Positions 58,322 to 64,000 of a stretch of DNA of 64,000 bases are shown piece by piece. Each line of letters starts with the position of its first letter. The first letter of the stretch is position 1. Under the pieces are notes generated by a model that saw only the letters and a program-made list of their open reading frames with translations, had not been told where the DNA came from and searched no databases. The position numbers were made by a program, and so were the translations under genes. The stretch is from contig OY781092.1 in the NCBI GenBank assembly GCA_963676615.1, positions 64,001 through 128,000 of the forward strand, read 5' to 3'. The DNA comes from Candidatus Cloacimonadota bacterium (GTDB lineage: Bacteria > Cloacimonadota > Cloacimonadia > G963667145).

Positions 58322-58969
58322 ATGATAATTGCCATAGACGGACCTGCGGCTTCGGGCAAAAGCACGACAGCCAAGCGGGTGGCGAAGATTTTGGGCGTCA
58401 ACTATATCGACACGGGCGCGATGTATCGGGCGTGCGCGCTGAAGCTAATAAAAATGGGGATTGAGCTGAAAGACTCTTTTTTGTTGCAAGAGGTGGTCGG
58501 AGCGCTGGAGATTCGGTTTGCGGACAACGGGCAAAAAGTTTTGCTGGACGGAGCGGATGTGAGCTCGGCTATTCGGGAAGATAGCGTTTCGCAAGGGGCG
58601 TCGAAGGTCGCCGCGCTGGCTTTTGTTCGCCAGAGGATGACAGATTTGCAGCGAAAAATGGGGGAGAAGGAGTCGGTGGTGATGGACGGCAGAGACATCG
58701 GCAGCTTTGTTTTTCCCGATGCGGATTTCAAATTTTATCTGGTGGCATCGGTGCAGACCAGAGCCGAAAGGAGATTTTTGGAAGCGCAAGAAAAGGGCGA
58801 GAATTTGACGCTGCAGGAGATAGAGACGAGCATCGCCGCAAGAGACAAAGCCGATATGCAACGGGAAATTTCGCCACTTGTGAAAGCGGCGGACGCCATC
58901 GAAATCGATACATCGGGACTGACGATTGAACAGCAGGTGGAAAAGGTTTTGCAGGTCATAAAATCGTGA
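58322..58969 (+). CDS. cmk: Cytidylate kinase
   Basis: IAIDGPAASGKST, DTGAMYR, DGRDIG. Confidence 0.97.
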   Translation: MIIAIDGPAASGKSTTAKRVAKILGVNYIDTGAMYRACALKLIKMGIELKDSFLLQEVVGALEIRFADNGQKVLLDGADVSSAIREDSVSQGASKVAALAFVRQRMTDLQRKMGEKESVVMDGRDIGSFVFPDADFKFYLVASVQTRAERRFLEAQEKGENLTLQEIETSIAARDKADMQREISPLVKAADAIEIDTSGLTIEQQVEKVLQVIKS

Positions 58970-59826
58970 GTTGTCAGATAAAAATCGCCGAGCATTCCGG
59001 ATTCTGCTATGGCGTCAAACGAGCTATCGATATGGCACTGGAAACCGCAGCCAGCAAGAATCGAAGAGTGGTGACGGTCGGCCCGATAATCCACAATCCG
59101 CAGATGGTGCAAAAGCTCAAAGAGTCGGGAGTCGGTTGCCTGCAGTCGCTGCAAGAGGTGCAAGCTGGCGATTGTGTGGTGGTGCGCTCGCACGGGATGA
59201 AAAAGCAGGATTTGGAGTTTTTGCAGACAAAAAATGTGGAAATCGTGGATGCGACTTGCCCGAATGTTGCCAAAATTCACCAGCTGGTGCAAAAGGGAAT
59301 TTCGCAGGGTCAAGCGGTGGTGATTTTTGGAGACAGGCAGCATCCAGAGGTTGTTGCCATCAAATCTTACGCCGTCGGAAACTCCGCAGTAGCAAAAGAT
59401 ATTGGCGAAGTTCCGCAAAAAGTTTTGCAGGCGCAGAGCGTGCTTTTGGTTTCGCAAACCACGCAAAATGAGAAAAAGTTCGCCGAGTTCCAAAACGAGC
59501 TCGAAAAAAAATGCAAAAATTTGCAGATGGTTTACACGATTTGCAACGCGACGCAAGTGCGGCAAAAAGCGACCAAAGAGCTGTCGCAAGAGGTGGATGT
59601 GATGATTGTGGTTGGTGGCAGAAACTCTGCCAACACGCGGACTCTGGCTAAAATCGCCTCCGCTCATAGCAAAACGCACCATCTGGAGACGCCAAAAGAG
59701 CTGCAACCTGCGATGGTTTGTGGTTTTAGAAAAATCGGCTTGACAGCGGGAGCTTCGACACCAGATTGGATTATAAAAAGTACATTTGCTAAAATTCAAA
59801 GTTTGTGCAATCAAACAAATAATTAA
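58966..59826 (+). CDS. ispH: HMBPP reductase
   Basis: GFCYGVKRA, DATCP, SQTT, TICNAT, SANT, TAGASTP. Confidence 0.97.
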   Translation: MSCQIKIAEHSGFCYGVKRAIDMALETAASKNRRVVTVGPIIHNPQMVQKLKESGVGCLQSLQEVQAGDCVVVRSHGMKKQDLEFLQTKNVEIVDATCPNVAKIHQLVQKGISQGQAVVIFGDRQHPEVVAIKSYAVGNSAVAKDIGEVPQKVLQAQSVLLVSQTTQNEKKFAEFQNELEKKCKNLQMVYTICNATQVRQKATKELSQEVDVMIVVGGRNSANTRTLAKIASAHSKTHHLETPKELQPAMVCGFRKIGLTAGASTPDWIIKSTFAKIQSLCNQTNN

Positions 59827-59854
59827 AGATTTTTAGCATAAAACAGGGGATGAA

Positions 59855-61498
59855 ATGTCAAATAAAGAAGAAATGCTAGCAATGATGGAAGAGTCGTTCG
59901 GTAAGATTAAAAAAGGAGAAATTGTTGACGGAACGGTTGTTAGCATTGACGAGAGCAATGTAGTCGTTGATATCGGATACAAGTCCGAGGGTGTGATTTC
60001 TCTGAGCGAATTTGGGGATAATGCGCCCGAGATTGGCGATCAAATCAATGTCTATATCGTCTATATGGAAGACGCTTCTGGCAGGGTCAAACTTTCCAAA
60101 AAAGTGGCAGAAAAGGAAGAGGTTTTTCAAACTTTGATACAAGCGCACGAGGACGGCAAACTGGTCGAGTTTCAGGTCAAAAAGCTGGTTAAGGGCGGTT
60201 TTTTTGTAACCATAGAGGGCTGTAACGCCTTTTTGCCGGGATCGTTGGTGGACGCAAAACCGGTAAAAAATTTCAAGCAATATTTGGATCAAACGCTGGA
60301 AGGCAAAATCATCAGCATCGATAAGGGGAAAAAGAGCATCGTCGTTTCGCGCAAAGATCATTTGATGGAGAAAATCAACAAAGAGAAAATGGAGGTTTTC
60401 GAAAATCTGGGCGAAGGCGCAGAGGTTGACGGCATCGTCAAGGGGATTACCGACTACGGCGCGTTTGTTGATATTGGCGGCTTCGACGGGCTTTTGCACA
60501 TTTCTGATATGAGCTGGTCGAACATTTCGCATCCTTCCGCACTTTTTAAAATCGGCGACAAAATCAGGGTAAAAATTCTGAAAATCGCCTCTGAAACAGG
60601 CAGAATTTCGCTGGGAGTTAAGCAACTTTTGCCGCATCCTTGGGAAAATATCGACCAAAAAATCTCGCAAGGCGATACTGTCAAAGGTGTTGTGGCAAAG
60701 CTCACCTCCTATGGTGCTTTTATCGATTTGGAGGTCGGGCTGAAAGGGTTTATTCACAAATCGGAGATGTCGTGGACTCGCTCGATTAACCATCCTGGGC
60801 AAATTTTGAGCGAGGGCGAAACGATCGAAGCTGTGGTGCTCAATATTGATAGAGAGGAGAAAAAAATCTCGTTGGGTCTGCGCCAGATGGAGGTCAATCC
60901 TTGGCTGACAATCGGGATGAAATACGAGGTCGGTCAGGTAATCAAGCGCCCGATCAAGTCGATTACCAGTTTCGGAATGTTTTTGGAGTTGGACGACGAT
61001 ATTGACGGTTTGGTGCATATCGCCGATGTGGCTTGGAGCAAAAGAATTGAAGATTTGAAAGACGAATACGAAGTGGGACAAGAGATTGAGGTGAAGATTT
61101 TGGATATCGACAGTTCTGCGTTCAAAATTTCGTTTGGCATCAAGCAGTTGGAGGAAAATCCTTGGGAGAAGGCGGATTTGCTCAAGGGCGGTGAAAAAGT
61201 TAACTGCACAATTCAAAAAGTTATTGACAACAAAGGAGTTGTAGCGAATATCGAAAGTGGAGGCTTTCAGTTCGAGGGGTTTGTGCCTTTCTCGTTTATT
61301 TCGCTCGATCACGGACAGTCGCTCGACGAAAAGTATCCAGAGGGATCAAAGCAAGAGTTCTTCATCTCGAAAGTGGACAGAAAAGGTTGTCGTGTCGTCC
61401 TAAAGCCGACAGACCAATCTTTCCGAATGCACGAGAGCGAGGACGAAATGCCAAAAGAGTCGTTTCATGATCAATTGGACAACTTAGATTTGGACTAA
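59855..61498 (+). CDS. rpsA: 30S ribosomal protein S1
   Basis: Repeated S1 domains (YGAFVD.GG.DGLLHISD). Confidence 0.96.
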   Translation: MSNKEEMLAMMEESFGKIKKGEIVDGTVVSIDESNVVVDIGYKSEGVISLSEFGDNAPEIGDQINVYIVYMEDASGRVKLSKKVAEKEEVFQTLIQAHEDGKLVEFQVKKLVKGGFFVTIEGCNAFLPGSLVDAKPVKNFKQYLDQTLEGKIISIDKGKKSIVVSRKDHLMEKINKEKMEVFENLGEGAEVDGIVKGITDYGAFVDIGGFDGLLHISDMSWSNISHPSALFKIGDKIRVKILKIASETGRISLGVKQLLPHPWENIDQKISQGDTVKGVVAKLTSYGAFIDLEVGLKGFIHKSEMSWTRSINHPGQILSEGETIEAVVLNIDREEKKISLGLRQMEVNPWLTIGMKYEVGQVIKRPIKSITSFGMFLELDDDIDGLVHIADVAWSKRIEDLKDEYEVGQEIEVKILDIDSSAFKISFGIKQLEENPWEKADLLKGGEKVNCTIQKVIDNKGVVANIESGGFQFEGFVPFSFISLDHGQSLDEKYPEGSKQEFFISKVDRKGCRVVLKPTDQSFRMHESEDEMPKESFHDQLDNLDLD

Positions 61499-61518
61499 AA
61501 AATTTATTTCACGATAAA

Positions 61519-62853
61519 GTGAAGGGAATTATGCGAAAGAAAACTTTCAAACATGGTGTTCATCCGCCAGATTTCAAGAGCCTTAGTAGCGAGTTTGCTA
61601 TCGAGGCTCTCGGTTTGCCCAAGCAGGCGGTTTTGTTTTTAAATCAGCATATCGGCAAGCCAGCCGTGCCAGTGGTTGCAGTGGGCGACAGTGTAAAAAC
61701 TGGGCAGCTGATCGCCAGGCAAGACGGCTTCATCTCGGCGAATGTGCACTCTTCTGTAACGGGCAAAGTGGAGGCTATCGGCGAGTTTATGGATTCGTGC
61801 GGAAAGCTGAGCCAAGCCATTTGCATCAAAGCTGACCCCGAAGAGCAGTGGGTCGATTTGGTCGATGATGAGGACTATTTGCAGTTGCCAAATCAAGAGA
61901 TTATCGATCGTGTGAAAGATGCGGGTGTCGTCGGAATGGGCGGCGCTGGTTTTCCGTGCTATGTAAAGCTGATGAGCAAAAACATCGACACTGTCATCCT
62001 CAACGGAGTGGAGTGCGAGCCGTATATCACTTCTGATTATCGTCTGATGCTGGAAAAAGGCGAAGAGATTATCGCTGGACTGAAGATTTTTATGAAAGTG
62101 CTGGGTGCGAAAAAAGGCATCATCGGCGTCGAAGATAATAAACCAAAAGCGATTAAAGCGTTGTATTCTCTAGTGGTTGGCAGCGAAGATATCAGCGTGC
62201 AACCGCTGGAACTGAAGTATCCGCAAGGCGCGGAGAAGCAGCTCATCAAGGCGTGCGTCTATCGCGAAGTTCCCAATAAGGGCGGTTTGCCATCCGATGT
62301 GGGTGTCGTTGTGCAAAATGTGGGAACGGCGGTCGCTGCGTATCAGGCTGTGAGATATCGTAAGCCCTTGATAGAACGGGTAGTTACCGTGACAGGCTCG
62401 GCAGTGCGAAGTCCGAAAAATTTTTATGCTCGTCTGGGTGTGAGTTTCGACTATCTTTTGGAAAGCGCCAAAGGGCTCATCGCGCCAGTTACCAAAGTCC
62501 TTTCGGGAGGACCGATGATGGGTTTTGCCGTGGCGAGCACAGAAGCTTGCACCAGCAAAGCGACTTCGGCGATAGTTTTTTTGCGAAAAACAGAAACTTG
62601 TAGCGACGAAGAGAGCGTTTGCATCGGTTGCGCCAGATGCGTAGATGTCTGCCCGCTTTCTCTATTGCCAGGCAGGATTGCCGACGCTGCCAAAAACGGA
62701 GCGTGGGACAAAGCCGCACAGAGCGGAGCGCTAGACTGTTTGCGCTGCGGGAGTTGCGCCTATGTTTGCCCTGCGCACAAAAAAATGGTGCAATGGATAG
62801 ATTTGGCGAAAAGCAAACTTGCCGAAAAAGCAGCCAAGGAGAGTGAAAAATGA
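61519..62853 (+). CDS. rnfC: Rnf electron transport complex subunit C
   Basis: QHIG, GMGGAGFP, ECEPY, YPQGAEKQL, two 4Fe-4S motifs. Confidence 0.96.
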   Translation: MKGIMRKKTFKHGVHPPDFKSLSSEFAIEALGLPKQAVLFLNQHIGKPAVPVVAVGDSVKTGQLIARQDGFISANVHSSVTGKVEAIGEFMDSCGKLSQAICIKADPEEQWVDLVDDEDYLQLPNQEIIDRVKDAGVVGMGGAGFPCYVKLMSKNIDTVILNGVECEPYITSDYRLMLEKGEEIIAGLKIFMKVLGAKKGIIGVEDNKPKAIKALYSLVVGSEDISVQPLELKYPQGAEKQLIKACVYREVPNKGGLPSDVGVVVQNVGTAVAAYQAVRYRKPLIERVVTVTGSAVRSPKNFYARLGVSFDYLLESAKGLIAPVTKVLSGGPMMGFAVASTEACTSKATSAIVFLRKTETCSDEESVCIGCARCVDVCPLSLLPGRIADAAKNGAWDKAAQSGALDCLRCGSCAYVCPAHKKMVQWIDLAKSKLAEKAAKESEK

Positions 62854-63944
62854 AGCTTGTAGTTAGTGCCGCACCTCATATTCACGATAATTTATCGACC
62901 AAAAAAATAATGTGGAATGTCGCCTTGGCGCTGCTTCCAGCGTGGGGATTTTCGATTTATTATTTTGGAATTCAGGCGTTATTGCTGACGATTTACGGGA
63001 TGATTTCGGCGGTTGTCAGCGAATATTTAATTCAGAAATTTCGCAAAGTGCCCGTCACTGTTGACGACGGAAGCGCTTTTGTGACTGGAATGTTGGTCGC
63101 TTTTAACATCCCCGTGAGTTCTCCGTGGTGGATTCCCGTCGTGGGAAGCGTCTTTGCGATGGTTGTCGGCAAGCATGTTTTCGGCGGTTTGGGACACAAT
63201 ATCGTCAACCCAGCGTTGCTGGCTCGTGCATTTTTGATGGCTTCTTGGCCGACGACGATGACCAATTGGACAAAAACGACTTTGGGTTCAATCAGCGGAA
63301 TGGCAAGTGTTAGCGGCGATTTGACATCGGCAAAAGCGAAACTGCTGATTAGTAGCGCCACGCCTTTGGGAGTGGTTAAATATTTGCGCAACAAAACTTT
63401 TGTTGATGGTCTTGGCGTGACAGCCCAGCAGGGCAAAGAGGTCGCGGAAATGATGATTAGCAAAATCTCCAGCTTTGAGGTTATCGAAAATCTTTTTTGG
63501 GGCAACACTGGTGGCGTAATCGGCGAAACTTCGATAATCGCCCTTTTGTTTGGCGCTGGCTGGCTAGCCTACAAACACATCATCGAATGGAGAATCCCAA
63601 CTTTTTACATCTTGACCGTTTTCGTTCTCACCTATATTTTTGGCGGAATAGACGGAATTTTTTCGGTCTCGATTTTGTTCCCCGTTTTCCAAATTTTTGC
63701 TGGCGGACTGATTTTGGGCGCTTTTTTTATGGCAACGGATATGGTCACCTCGCCTTGCACAAAAACTGGACGAGTCATTTTTGGCATCGGCTGTGGTGTC
63801 ATCACGGCTCTCATACGCATAAAAGGCGGTTACCCAGAAGGAGTTTGCTACTCAATTTTGTTGATGAACCTGACTGTTCCGCTGCTGGATAGATGGACAA
63901 TTCCTAAATTTTTTGGCGAAAGCAAAAAACGGAGAGCGAAATGA
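62850..63944 (+). CDS. rnfD: Rnf subunit D
   Basis: KHVFGGLG.N..NPAL, SATPL, FMATD..TSP. Confidence 0.96.
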   Translation: MKLVVSAAPHIHDNLSTKKIMWNVALALLPAWGFSIYYFGIQALLLTIYGMISAVVSEYLIQKFRKVPVTVDDGSAFVTGMLVAFNIPVSSPWWIPVVGSVFAMVVGKHVFGGLGHNIVNPALLARAFLMASWPTTMTNWTKTTLGSISGMASVSGDLTSAKAKLLISSATPLGVVKYLRNKTFVDGLGVTAQQGKEVAEMMISKISSFEVIENLFWGNTGGVIGETSIIALLFGAGWLAYKHIIEWRIPTFYILTVFVLTYIFGGIDGIFSVSILFPVFQIFAGGLILGAFFMATDMVTSPCTKTGRVIFGIGCGVITALIRIKGGYPEGVCYSILLMNLTVPLLDRWTIPKFFGESKKRRAK

Positions 63945-64000
63945 AATATTACCTAAAACTTTCGGGGATACTTCTGCTGATTTGCGTTGTGGCGAGCGGA
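63941..64000 (+). CDS. rnfG: Probable Rnf subunit G (3' partial)
   Basis: ATGA-coupled start MKYYLKLSGILLLICVVASG; operon order. Confidence 0.65.
   Translation, partial: MKYYLKLSGILLLICVVASG

Noticed and set aside
58735..61312. Long minus-strand ORFs (359 and 478 aa)
   Set aside because: Antisense shadows of ispH and rpsA

Overview
The left ~28.6 kb is the right part of an apparently intact temperate prophage that runs off the left edge of the window and abuts the 3' end of a tRNA-Thr(CGT) gene. In order it carries a C5 DNA methyltransferase, lambda-type terminase/gpW/portal, a ClpP-type protease, a Mu-type capsid and contractile tail, a lysis cassette, an AT-rich accessory region (two hicAB pairs, DUF2188, a TerB-like/BRCT protein), an immunity region, xis and a tyrosine integrase. 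The remaining ~35 kb is core chromosome of an anaerobic diderm bacterium; the gene content suggests Cloacimonadota, which is an inference only. It holds ribosomal/translation genes, ispE/prs/pth/ssb, GSIII, malic enzyme, dnaN, HU, tmRNA, cmk-ispH-rpsA and the start of an rnf operon. The most notable observations are: (1) a methyltransferase whose motif IX and probable TRD are encoded in an overlapping second frame; (2) a holin fused to a DUF5675 His/Cys enzyme domain as the only lysin candidate; (3) a membrane protein plus a convergent small ORF inserted between a peptidase-less repressor and cro; (4) two hicAB units that start at a shared 26-bp element, one of which truncates a dam gene; (5) a solitary attC-like site ending an AT-rich, frameshifted EamA gene in the core chromosome. 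All family assignments come from motif recognition by eye; no searches were run.
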